NCBI GenBank assembly: GCA_044222185.1
Contig: JBGANV010000005.1
Coordinates: forward strand, 224,001-288,000
DNA: 64,000 bases
Source: Planctomycetota bacterium
Lineage (GTDB): Bacteria > Planctomycetota > GCA-002687715 > CAIWVZ01
Direction: 5' to 3'
In this document: one piece after another, positions 8,765 to 18,175 of the stretch
How positions within the stretch are numbered: the stretch's first letter is position 1
How the letters are laid out: each line of letters opens with the position of its first letter
The notes under the pieces: generated by a model
What the model saw: the letters and a program-made list of their open reading frames with translations, nothing else
The model's database searches: none
What the model was told of the DNA's origin: nothing
Made by a program: the position numbers and the translations under genes

Positions 8765-10762
8765 ATGCTTCTCTTCGAGATCATCGGTGGCGCCTTGCTC
8801 CTCCTCGTGTTCCTCTTCCTCCGTTACGTCCCGAACAAGAGCGTCGGGATCGTGGAGAAACGCTGGGCCGCCAGGGGCTCCGTCACGTCCGGGATCATCG
8901 CCCTGAACGGCGAGGCGGGTTACCAGCCCGAGGTTCTGCGGGGTGGAGTCCATCTGCTGATGCGCGTCCAGAACCGTCTGCACATCGCACCCCTCGTGAC
9001 GATCCCGCAAGGCGAGATCGGTTACGTGTTCGCTCGCGACGGTCGACCCTTGCCCGCGACGCAAGCTCTCGCCTCGAACGTCGCCACCGGCTCCTTCGAG
9101 AACGTCCGCACGTTCCTCGTGAACAAGGGGCAGCGCGGTCCGCAGCGCCAGATCCTTCGAGAGGGAACCTATGCGATCAACCTGTCCCAGTTCGTCGTGA
9201 TCACGCGTGAGAAGACGTACTTCCTCCCTCTCGACCGCGACGACAAGGACGTCTTCGCGCGGATGTCGCGAATCATCATGGAACGTGAGGGGTTTCACCC
9301 GGTCGTCATCCGTGGCGCGGCCGACTCCGTGGGCATCGTCACCGTTCATGACGGACCTTCGCTCGCCGAGGGCGAGATCATCGCGCCTGCGGTGGGGACC
9401 GACCCGACGGACCGCGACACCTATCACAACAACTTCCAGGACGCGGAGAGGTTCCTGGAAGCCGGCGGCCAGCGGGGCCGGCAGCTCCAGGTGCTCGTCG
9501 AGGGCACCTACTACATCAACCGGCTGTTCGCGACGGTCGAGCTCACGCCCAAGACGACGGTCGACGTAGGCAGCGTCGGCGTCGTCGTCTGGTATGCGGG
9601 AAAGACGGGCACGGACCTGTCAGGAACCGACTACAAGCACGGCGAACTCGTGAAGAAGGGCGAGCGCGGCGTCTGGAGCGAGCCCCTCCTCCCCGGCAAG
9701 TACGCCTTCAACACCTACGCGGGAAAGGTCATCGTCGTCCCCACCACCAACATCATCCTCAAGTGGATCCGGACCGAGAGCGGCGCGCACCACTTCGACG
9801 AGAATCTCACCGAGGTGTCCCTCATCACGAAGGACGCCTTCGAGCCGTCGCTCCCGTTGTCCGTGGTGATCCACATCGACTATCGGAAAGCGCCGCTCGT
9901 GATCCAGCGTTTCGGCGACATCCGGCGTCTCGTGGAGCAGACGCTCGATCCCATGGTCTCCGCGTACTTCAAGAACATCGGCCAGACACGCACGTTGATC
10001 CAGCTGCTGCAGGATCGCAGTGCGATCCAGACGACGGCTGGCGAGGAAATGAAGATCAAGTTCGCGCACTACAACCTGGAGCTCGAGGAAGTGCTCATCG
10101 GCACGCCGGTGTCGCCGCCCAACGACGATCGCATCGAGGTCATCCTCGGCCAGTTGCGCGCGCGGCAGGTCGCCGAAGAGCAGGTCGAGACCTACCGCCG
10201 GCAGGAACAGGCGGCGGTGAAGGAGCGCGAGCTGAGAGAGGCCGAGGCCCGCGCCCGCCAGCAACAGGCGCTGACGGAATCCGAGATCGGCATCGCGATC
10301 CAGGGCAACGAGGGTCGCGCGGAGTACGCACGTGCGCTCCAGAAGGCGTCGCAGGTGCGAGCACTCGCCGAGGCCGAAGCGGAACGCGCGGCGCGGGTCG
10401 GTATCGGCGAGGCGATCGCGATCGAGGAACAGGTCCGGGCCTACGGCGGCCCCCAGTTCCAGCTCACACAGCAGGTCATGCAGAGGTTCGCGCAAGCCAT
10501 CGAGACGTCGCGCGTGGACGTCGTCCCCAAGATCGTCCTCGGCGGGGGCAAGGACGGTGTCGGCGGATCGAGCAACGTCCTCGAAGGCCTGCTCACCATG
10601 CTCCTCGCCGATCGCCTCGGTGACGCGACCACGGTCTCGACGACGAGCGAACGCGGAGAGGACGCGGAGCGCCTTCGCGCCGAGCTGCGCAACCGGTTGA
10701 CGGCCAAGAGGAAGGACGACACGCCGCCGGCCGATCCGGCGGCACCGAGGCCCGCAGGCTGA
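8765..10762 (+). CDS. SPFH/band 7 (flotillin-like) membrane protein
   Basis: GGAGG RBS and an N-terminal TM. Repeated GQRGPQ..ILREGTY / GQRGRQ..VLVEGTY / PLLPGKY motifs, an SPFH core (LITKDAFEPSLPLSVV) and an E/A/Q-rich coiled coil. Confidence 0.9.
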   Translation: MLLFEIIGGALLLLVFLFLRYVPNKSVGIVEKRWAARGSVTSGIIALNGEAGYQPEVLRGGVHLLMRVQNRLHIAPLVTIPQGEIGYVFARDGRPLPATQALASNVATGSFENVRTFLVNKGQRGPQRQILREGTYAINLSQFVVITREKTYFLPLDRDDKDVFARMSRIIMEREGFHPVVIRGAADSVGIVTVHDGPSLAEGEIIAPAVGTDPTDRDTYHNNFQDAERFLEAGGQRGRQLQVLVEGTYYINRLFATVELTPKTTVDVGSVGVVVWYAGKTGTDLSGTDYKHGELVKKGERGVWSEPLLPGKYAFNTYAGKVIVVPTTNIILKWIRTESGAHHFDENLTEVSLITKDAFEPSLPLSVVIHIDYRKAPLVIQRFGDIRRLVEQTLDPMVSAYFKNIGQTRTLIQLLQDRSAIQTTAGEEMKIKFAHYNLELEEVLIGTPVSPPNDDRIEVILGQLRARQVAEEQVETYRRQEQAAVKERELREAEARARQQQALTESEIGIAIQGNEGRAEYARALQKASQVRALAEAEAERAARVGIGEAIAIEEQVRAYGGPQFQLTQQVMQRFAQAIETSRVDVVPKIVLGGGKDGVGGSSNVLEGLLTMLLADRLGDATTVSTTSERGEDAERLRAELRNRLTAKRKDDTPPADPAAPRPAG

Positions 10763-10766
10763 TACC

Positions 10767-10803
10767 CGCGGCCCGCACCCCCCGGTGCGGGCCGCGCTCT
10801 TTT
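10767..10803 (+). terminator. Rho-independent terminator
   Basis: 13-bp stem CGCGGCCCGCACC-CCCC-GGTGCGGGCCGCG followed by CTCTTTT, 5 nt after the flotillin stop. Confidence 0.75.
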
Positions 10804-10925
10804 CCGCCGGCGCGAGCCCGCCAATCCCGCGCGCGGCCTCAAGTTTCGAGGGCCGGCTCCCGAAAAGGCTTCGGGGGGCATTCCGTCCCCAGATGCCATC
10901 GACCGAGGGAAAGGGAGCCGGCGAA

Positions 10926-13900
10926 ATGCCCGCGACGAGTTGGACGTGCATCGCTGCATCCGTTGATCGGATCCGCCAGTGGAAGCCCGCTTCCGTGCTC
11001 GACCTGGAGTGCCGCACGGCGCGGTTTGGGTTCGTTTGCCGGGACGTCCTCGACGGAATCGACTGCGCGTCCGACACGGCGACGCAGGGACCGGTGCGCC
11101 TCGAAGGAATCACGCCGGGAACCTCTTCCCTCACCCCACTGCACGAGAATCTCTACGACCGCGTGCACGCCGGGGATCCATGCACCGTCATCGCACGGCT
11201 GCGCGACACGTTCGACCTGATCATCCTCGGTGACGCGCTCGCCGATCTCGGCGAAGAGGACGGCGTCGATCTCCTGCGAGCTGCGCTGGACCGACTCACG
11301 TCCGCGGGCCACGTGATCGCCGTGGTCCCCGCGAGCGGCATTGCGCGCGGCGCGGGAGTCGTCGCGGGGTCGGACTGGACGGCGGCTGCGATCGAACGGC
11401 TCGGGCCGGATGGAATCACGATCCGCACGGTCGCGGGAGTGACGGACCGCGTCGTCGTCGAGTTCACGCCTGCATGCCGGCCGGCCTTGAAGCCTCGGCG
11501 AACGCCGCCCCCCGGCGCGCGGCTCACCATCGCCCTCGCGACCCACGAGTATCCGGCGACGGGAGCTCCCACGGGCGGACTCGGCGTCTACGTGCAGACG
11601 ATCGCGCGCGAGTTCGTGCGCCGCGGCCACGAGGTCCACGTCGTCACGTGTTCCCAGGGAGCCGGCCGAACGACGTGGGACGACTGCGGAGTGCGCCTGC
11701 ACGCGGTCGACCATGCGGCGCCGGACGCCCGCGACCCGGGGAGCCTTCTCGACTACAGCCGCGCCGTCGCCGAACGCATCCGCGCGTTGGACCAGACGCA
11801 CCGCTTCGACGTGGTCGAATTCCAGGAGTGGGCCGGTGAAGGCTGGGCGTATCACCCGCGTCGCGACCAGCTGCTGTCGCTTCGGATCCAAGCGCCGTCG
11901 TTCTTCGTCCGTCGTCACGAGTACGGCTCGGGATCGCCGAGCGAGTTTCGTGTGGATGAGATCGAACGGTGGCCACTGGAACGCGCCGACCTCGTCACGG
12001 CACCTTCGCGCTACATCGCCGACGTCGTGACGAAGGCCTGGTGCGTGGATGGCCCATCCGTGGTGATCCTGCCGAACGGCATCGACCCCGAGCAGTTCCC
12101 TCGAGCCGCCGATCGGCCCGAGACGGACGCGCCCCTCGTCCTTTGCGTCAACCGACTGACGCCCATCAAGGGTCCCGACGTGTTCGTCCGCGCGGCGGCC
12201 CAGGTGCACCGCCGTTTCCCCAAGGCGCGGTTCCGCATGGTCGGCCGTCTGGGCGAGATCGATGGAAAGCCCTCCGACGTCCGTCTCCGTGAACTCGCCG
12301 CCGACCTTGGGCTCCCGATCGATCGTCTCGAGATCGCCGGCGCCGCACAGCGGGATCGTCTGCCGGCGGAGCTTGCCGCCGCCGACGTCTGCGTGAACCC
12401 CTCACGAGACGAGAGCTACTCGTACACGAGTGCCGAAGCGCTCGCCGCCGGGCGTGCGTGCGTCCTCAGCGGAGGCATGGGAATCACCGAGCACCTCCGC
12501 GATGGCGACGACTGCTTCATCGTCCCCGCCGGCGATGCGGAGGCTCTCGCCGACCGGATCGTCCGCCTGCTCTCGAACGCCGGGCTGCGGCGTCGCATGG
12601 GCGCCAGCGCCCGTCGCGCCGCGCAGACGCGACTTTCGGCCGCACACGCCGCCGAACTCGCCGAAGCAGCCTATCGCGAGCGCCTCGCGGTGATCCGCGC
12701 ACGCCCCGCCGTCCCCCGCGCCGAGATCAACCTGGCGGTCCTCACGTGGAACGGGCTTGCGGACACGAAGCGCTGCCTCGAGAGCCTCCGCCGGACGACG
12801 CCCGCGCCATACAACGTCTTCATCCTCGACAACGGATCGAGTGATGGCACCGTCGAGTGGCTTCGCTCGCAGAATGATCCGGTCTGGCAGATCATTCCGA
12901 GCCCGGTGAACCTCGGCGTGGGCGGGGGCCGCACGCGGCTCATCCTCGAGATGCTCCCCCATGTCAAGGACGGCTCCTTCGCCGTCTTCCTCGACAACGA
13001 CATGGAGCTCCTCGAAGGTTGGTACCAGCCATTCGTCGATCTCTTCGCCTCCAACCCGGATGCGGGGATCGCCTCGGCCGCAGGACACGCGATCATCGTC
13101 AACGACGAGACGCGTGACCTCCTGGCCGGCCCGACGGGCGCGCCGGCGCAAGTGGACGTGGCCTCCGGCGGCTACTGCTGCTGGGTCCGTGCCGAGGCGC
13201 TCCGCAGCATCGGCGTGTTCGACCCGGCGCTCGGCCGGTTCTGGCACGAGGACGACGACTACTCCGTCCGTGCAATCCATCGCGGCTTCGAGGTCTGGGC
13301 GATCCCCGGCGTACCCGTGATCCACCACGAGCACGGAACGGGCGTCGCACTCCCCGCGGTGGCCGGCGGCGGCTCTCCGGACAACCAGCGATACCTCTGC
13401 GCCAAGTGGAGGCGCCTGGGATTCATCGACGAGCAAGGTCAGGTCATCCGCCCCGACATGCAGGCGGATGCCGCCATCGCGCGCGAGGTCGGCGAACGAC
13501 TGGGACGCACCGGCTCCATCCCTCGCGAAGAGCTGGTCCGGGCGAGCGGCGATCTGGCCGCACTGGTCCAGTCGTCGAACCTCGAAGTGCACATGGCCAC
13601 GCATCGAGCCGACATCACGCCGACGTTCGTGGCGCTTCTCGACGTCCTCGCGTCGAGAGCGGACGCCACCGGGACCTGTGATCTCGCAGAGGCCTACCGG
13701 CAGATCCGTGACGCGGCCGAGCATCATCGTCACAGCCAGGCGATGAAGACGGTCCTGGTCCTCCCGCCGGATCGCCGCGGCGCGCACGCGGCTGCGTCGC
13801 TATCCAAGCTCTGCGACGCCGCCGACTGGGACACACCGTCGTGGCTCGCGGTCGCGGGAGGCGTGTTCCGCGATCAGGGAGGCCGTGACTACTACCGCCG

Positions 13901-14585
13901 CCACCGGAAGGTGTGGGAGTACACGCAGACGTGGATGGCGCTCGACGCGGCGGACGTGCTTCGCTCCGATGCGCGCGTGCTCGTCGTCCACGCCGGCGTC
14001 GAGACGATCACGTTCGCCCTGGCACGCCGCGTGGCGTCGGTCGTCGCCGTCGACAGGTGGGGCAACCGACCCGGCGCACCGGCGACGATGCTCCGCGCCC
14101 CCGAGACGCACACACCGTTCCCCTACCCGAGCGAAGTGCTGTCCGTCCGGCCCCTGACCGACGAGCTCGACGAGTTCGAAGAGGGCGAATTCGACGCCGT
14201 CATCGTCTGCTCGCTGCACGCCTGCGGATCGGTGACGCAGGCCGGGCGACTGCTCCGAGGACTGGAGAGGGTCGTGAAACCGGGGGGCACCGGGGTTCTC
14301 GTGGCCGAGGTCATCCTGAACGGCGTGGCCAATCCTCCGTTCCTGCGGCCTCACGAGATCCTGGGTCTCCTCGATGGCACGGAGTTCGACCCCGCGGAAC
14401 CGTTCGACTTCACCATCAGCGCCGCCACACTCGATGGGTTCGTCGATGCGGCCGTCAACCCGTCCAAAGTGCCTCACCTCGTGGTGAAGCTCGGCCCGGC
14501 ACTCTTCACCTCCGGCGTCTTCGTCCTCGAACGACGGCCGGCGCCGGTCCCGATGGAGCCCGACGCCGCCGCACCTCGCGTGTGA
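10926..14585 (+). CDS. Multidomain glycosyltransferase: methyltransferase-like + GT4 + GT2 + methyltransferase-like
   Basis: GT4 motifs: EYP..GGLGVY, RLTPIKG, NPSRDESYSYTSAEALAAG. GT2 motifs: VLTWN, LDNGSSDGT, NLGVGGGR, FLDND, EDDDYS. SAM-fold-like segments at both ends (VLDLEC.. and HRKVWEY..RVLVVHAG..RVVKPGG). Start uncertain. Confidence 0.85.
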   Translation: MPATSWTCIAASVDRIRQWKPASVLDLECRTARFGFVCRDVLDGIDCASDTATQGPVRLEGITPGTSSLTPLHENLYDRVHAGDPCTVIARLRDTFDLIILGDALADLGEEDGVDLLRAALDRLTSAGHVIAVVPASGIARGAGVVAGSDWTAAAIERLGPDGITIRTVAGVTDRVVVEFTPACRPALKPRRTPPPGARLTIALATHEYPATGAPTGGLGVYVQTIAREFVRRGHEVHVVTCSQGAGRTTWDDCGVRLHAVDHAAPDARDPGSLLDYSRAVAERIRALDQTHRFDVVEFQEWAGEGWAYHPRRDQLLSLRIQAPSFFVRRHEYGSGSPSEFRVDEIERWPLERADLVTAPSRYIADVVTKAWCVDGPSVVILPNGIDPEQFPRAADRPETDAPLVLCVNRLTPIKGPDVFVRAAAQVHRRFPKARFRMVGRLGEIDGKPSDVRLRELAADLGLPIDRLEIAGAAQRDRLPAELAAADVCVNPSRDESYSYTSAEALAAGRACVLSGGMGITEHLRDGDDCFIVPAGDAEALADRIVRLLSNAGLRRRMGASARRAAQTRLSAAHAAELAEAAYRERLAVIRARPAVPRAEINLAVLTWNGLADTKRCLESLRRTTPAPYNVFILDNGSSDGTVEWLRSQNDPVWQIIPSPVNLGVGGGRTRLILEMLPHVKDGSFAVFLDNDMELLEGWYQPFVDLFASNPDAGIASAAGHAIIVNDETRDLLAGPTGAPAQVDVASGGYCCWVRAEALRSIGVFDPALGRFWHEDDDYSVRAIHRGFEVWAIPGVPVIHHEHGTGVALPAVAGGGSPDNQRYLCAKWRRLGFIDEQGQVIRPDMQADAAIAREVGERLGRTGSIPREELVRASGDLAALVQSSNLEVHMATHRADITPTFVALLDVLASRADATGTCDLAEAYRQIRDAAEHHRHSQAMKTVLVLPPDRRGAHAAASLSKLCDAADWDTPSWLAVAGGVFRDQGGRDYYRRHRKVWEYTQTWMALDAADVLRSDARVLVVHAGVETITFALARRVASVVAVDRWGNRPGAPATMLRAPETHTPFPYPSEVLSVRPLTDELDEFEEGEFDAVIVCSLHACGSVTQAGRLLRGLERVVKPGGTGVLVAEVILNGVANPPFLRPHEILGLLDGTEFDPAEPFDFTISAATLDGFVDAAVNPSKVPHLVVKLGPALFTSGVFVLERRPAPVPMEPDAAAPRV

Positions 14586-14622
14586 TCCTGAGCCGCGAGG
14601 GCGTCGCCGCCGGGTTCGACGA

Positions 14623-16197
14623 TCATCGCAGCGCGTCCTCTGCCGCCTTGCGAACGGCGGCGTCGTACGACGAACTCTGAGCGATCGCCCGCAGCCGTTC
14701 CCGCGCGAGCGGCGTCGCGACCTGGCGGTAGTACTCGATCGCCATGGTGACGATCTGCTTCTTTCCGTTGAACTGGGCGACCGTCGCATCGATGATCGAC
14801 ATGACGTTCTCGTTCCCAAGGAGCGCGATATTCGCGCCGAGCGTCGCACGTGCAGTGGCATCGCCCGACGTGTCGTTGATCCACGCGAGGGTCTGCTCAA
14901 GCCCTCGCTGATCGCCGTACTTGCACAGTCCCCACAGCCCGTTGACCTTCGCGGCCCACGAGCGATTGGCATCGACGATCTCGCGCAGCGCGTCGACCGC
15001 ACCGGGCTGATCGAGAAGCGCGAGCGCGTGCCCCGCCATGTTCGCCGCCATCTCGTCCGTGTCCTTCAACGCCTGATCGAGCAGCCCGGGGATCGAGGCC
15101 GGATCCCCCATGTCCTCGAGCAACTTGGCCGCGAGGAACCGGTCCTTCGCGTCCTCGGACTTCAGCAGCTGAAGGACCGCGTCGGTTCCATCCTTGCCGA
15201 GGCCTTTCAGATCGGCGACGAGGTCGGCCATCTTGCCCGGCGAGATCAGCGCTTGGAGCGAGCTCTTCAACTTCAGGTCGCTGATCCGCGCCATCACGCT
15301 CTGAACCGTGACGCCTTTCTTCTGAACGAGCTCCGACGCCAGCTTCTCGCCGTCCTTCTTCGCGGCGGCGAGTTTCTTTTCCAGCTCGGCGAGCTTCCGC
15401 TCCGCTTGCGCACGGAGCGTCCGCTCCGCGGCGAGCTCTGCGGCAGTCGAGTCGGCGGGGCGAGTCTCCGGCTTGGTGATGATCAGCGGCTTCTCGATCG
15501 CCGCGAGCGTCGTCGGTCGGGAGTCGGAGGGAGACGTGACGTCCACCTGCCCCGCGTGCATGAGTACGGCGACGATCGCGCCGCCCGCAATGAACGCACC
15601 ACTTGGAATCAGCCACTGTTTCGACATGGACATGCCTCCGGAAGTATCGGATTCGATCTCGCAATCGGCGCTGGCCGACGCATGGACCTCGACGTCGTTC
15701 ACGCGAACGATGACGGGCTGTTTGGTTTGGATCCGCGTGTAGCCGTCCTCGACGGACAGGACCGCAGGGAACCCCGGCTCGTAGCTGACGCTCACCCCGT
15801 CGCGCAGCTCGGCAGTGACCACGTGACCGAACTCGACCAGCCCTCGTGCGTGCCTGGGCACGGAAACGACCGCCGGAACGTCACTCGGCAAACGGCGCAT
15901 CCCCGCGGCCAGGAGCTGGGCCTCCCCTGGTGCAGCCACCGGAGGCACGGGGCGTGCCGATTCTTCCACGCCCCAGATGATCGCGGCGCCGAGCAGTGCC
16001 GCCGCAGCGGCGCGCGTCCACGCCTGAAATCTCCCGGGCCGCGTGGAGGTCGCGTCGAGTTCCCGCCGCAGCTTCGCGGCCTCCCCGAGGAGTTGCTCGC
16101 GCAGCCTGGCCCGGAACATCGGATCCGCGACGACTGGCTCGTGGGCCTCGTTGAGGAGACGGTCGACGTTCCGATCGAAGTCCTGGTCCCGGCTCAT
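14623..16197 (-). CDS. Putative anti-sigma factor: N-terminal TM, FecR-like region, coiled coil, HEAT repeats
   Basis: ATGA overlap with the ECF sigma gene. Has a P.FRARLREQL anti-sigma-like N-terminus and TM; the C-terminal part has HEAT-like repeats (RFLAAKLLEDMGDPASIPGL, AGHALALLDQPGAVDAL). Confidence 0.7.
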   Translation of the reverse strand: MSRDQDFDRNVDRLLNEAHEPVVADPMFRARLREQLLGEAAKLRRELDATSTRPGRFQAWTRAAAAALLGAAIIWGVEESARPVPPVAAPGEAQLLAAGMRRLPSDVPAVVSVPRHARGLVEFGHVVTAELRDGVSVSYEPGFPAVLSVEDGYTRIQTKQPVIVRVNDVEVHASASADCEIESDTSGGMSMSKQWLIPSGAFIAGGAIVAVLMHAGQVDVTSPSDSRPTTLAAIEKPLIITKPETRPADSTAAELAAERTLRAQAERKLAELEKKLAAAKKDGEKLASELVQKKGVTVQSVMARISDLKLKSSLQALISPGKMADLVADLKGLGKDGTDAVLQLLKSEDAKDRFLAAKLLEDMGDPASIPGLLDQALKDTDEMAANMAGHALALLDQPGAVDALREIVDANRSWAAKVNGLWGLCKYGDQRGLEQTLAWINDTSGDATARATLGANIALLGNENVMSIIDATVAQFNGKKQIVTMAIEYYRQVATPLARERLRAIAQSSSYDAAVRKAAEDALR

Positions 16198-16811
16198 GGT
16201 CTTTCATCTCCCAGGCGCGCTTTCGCGAACACTCGCACGAGCCTCGCGAACGCCACTTTCGCCCGCTGCACCGTGGACTCCACCGCCTTCGGCGACCTCC
16301 GACTCATCTCGGCGATTTCGACGAACGATCGCCCGTCGACGTACTTGTGGAGGAGCGCGGTCCGGTAGTTCTCGGGGAGCTGCGACATGGCCGCGTCGAC
16401 GACGCCGCGCGTCTCCTCGGCCCGCAGGACGGCGTCGGGCAGGGCCGTCGACTCGATCCGCTGGAGGGCCGCCGATACCGCCGGATCGCCGGAAGCCTGT
16501 CTCTCCCGCAGCCGCCGTTTCGACCGATCACGGACCTTCTCGCGCACCTTGTTCTTCGCGATCCCGCAAAGCCACGTGTAGAGCGACGACCGGCCGTCGA
16601 AGGCACGAATCTGCCGGAGAGCCGTCAGGAATGTGTCGGAGACGACGTCCTCGACCTCCGCCCTCACGCCCCCGAGCCGATGGAACACGAATCCAAAAAC
16701 GCCGTCGAAGTGCTCGCGATAGAAGCAATCGACCTCGACGGGATCGCCCCGACCGAGCCGCAGAATGCGTTCCCGCTCCGTCAGCGACTTCACGATCGAC
16801 GTCTGATCCAC
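16194..16811 (-). CDS. ECF-type RNA polymerase sigma-70 factor
   Basis: Region 2: VEDVVSDTFL..FDGRSSLYTWLCGIAKN. Region 4: LPENYRTALLHKYVDGRSFVEIAEM..AVESTVQRAK. Start uncertain (GTG at 16811 or 16793). Confidence 0.92.
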   Translation of the reverse strand: MDQTSIVKSLTERERILRLGRGDPVEVDCFYREHFDGVFGFVFHRLGGVRAEVEDVVSDTFLTALRQIRAFDGRSSLYTWLCGIAKNKVREKVRDRSKRRLRERQASGDPAVSAALQRIESTALPDAVLRAEETRGVVDAAMSQLPENYRTALLHKYVDGRSFVEIAEMSRRSPKAVESTVQRAKVAFARLVRVFAKARLGDERP

Positions 16812-16941
16812 TGCCAGCACGAACACCCCACGACGCTGCGCCATCGGCACGGCAGCGATGTGTGCGCCGAGCTCGCGACTTCCTTCGCGCATCGGGAGGA
16901 AAAATCACGCGCCCCAGGGGCGGATTGGCGCCCGCCACGAC

Positions 16942-18168
16942 TCAAACGCGCATCCCCCGTCCGCGATGGCGATCGAGCGGGCTCAGCCGGCCGGGCGAGG
17001 CCTGGGCTCGCGTTGAAGCAAATCGGTGCATGCCGTCCCTGGCTCGAAGCATGACCCAGTCCCTCCGGCCCGAGCGCCCTGCACCGACGTGAACGGGCAC
17101 GCCGTACGCGTCGACGGATTCGACGCTCAGCTCCGCGACCGGCGCACCGAGTGCGTGCCACGCGGCCAACGCGCCTTCCGCCGTCGCGCGCATCGGCACC
17201 CCGGGGCGACGCGTGCCCACGAACCACGCGAGCATGGCCGCCTCGTCGGCCGTCGCCGCAAGCCGTGCCGAGAACGCGCGCCCCGGGCACCAGGTCGAGA
17301 GGTCTGCCGAGTGCCACGGCCGGGGGGGCCCCTCCGCCACGAAAACCAGATGCGCGAGCCGATCCCGTCCGACGCGGAACCTCCCGCTCCGTTGCCCGTC
17401 GAATCGCCACCCGGCGTCCAGGGCAGCATCCACGATGGCGAGGAACCGCACGAAGTTCGTCACGCGAAGCACGGCGACGAGCGCACCACCGTCTCGCGTG
17501 ACGTTCCGCCAGTTCCCCAGGATCGCGCGGACCTCGGTCACTGTGCGCCAGTATGCCGGTGCACCGCGCTCGGTCGTGCCCCGCAACCGGTGGGCCTCCT
17601 CGCCCCAGCGAAAGTCGATCCCGAGCACGGAGACGACCGCATCCACCGTGGCGAGGGAGCGAGACGCCGGCGCCGCGTAATCCCACGATCGGAACGTCAC
17701 GTTCCCCGACGTCGGACGCGCGCGCGCGAGGCGAACGAGCGATCGCGCGGCGTCCACTCCCACCACGTGCCAGCCGGGGTTCCGCTCCGCGAGCCACGCC
17801 GAGAACGCGCCCGTCCAACATCCGGCCTCGAGCACCGACGCCGCCGGACCCAGGCGCCGCTCGAGTTCACGCGTCGCACGTACCGAGGCCTCGACGACGA
17901 CATCCGCCTGATGACTCTGGAAGAGGTCCGCCGCGCGTCGTGTCGGCAGGAGTCGATAGACGCTCGCGGCCAATGCGATGCCGTCGGCATGGTCTGCGAG
18001 CCGCTGCATGAGCGTGGTGAATCTGCGCGGGCCGAGCTCCCGGGCCAGGTGCCGATCGAGCCAATCCGGCGTACGCCCGACCTTCAGCCCGCAGCGGGCG
18101 AGGAACTGCAGGCAGGATTCACGGAGGACCGGTCTTCGTGCTCTCGGTCGTCGCAGCGAGCGGCGCAT
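16942..18168 (-). CDS. Class I SAM-dependent methyltransferase domain protein
   Basis: VLEAGCWTGAFS motif I, VVGVD, and later NWRNVTRDGG. Lies directly downstream of the kinase gene on the same strand. Confidence 0.65.
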   Translation of the reverse strand: MRRSLRRPRARRPVLRESCLQFLARCGLKVGRTPDWLDRHLARELGPRRFTTLMQRLADHADGIALAASVYRLLPTRRAADLFQSHQADVVVEASVRATRELERRLGPAASVLEAGCWTGAFSAWLAERNPGWHVVGVDAARSLVRLARARPTSGNVTFRSWDYAAPASRSLATVDAVVSVLGIDFRWGEEAHRLRGTTERGAPAYWRTVTEVRAILGNWRNVTRDGGALVAVLRVTNFVRFLAIVDAALDAGWRFDGQRSGRFRVGRDRLAHLVFVAEGPPRPWHSADLSTWCPGRAFSARLAATADEAAMLAWFVGTRRPGVPMRATAEGALAAWHALGAPVAELSVESVDAYGVPVHVGAGRSGRRDWVMLRARDGMHRFASTRAQASPGRLSPLDRHRGRGMRV

Positions 18169-18175
18169 GCGTTCG

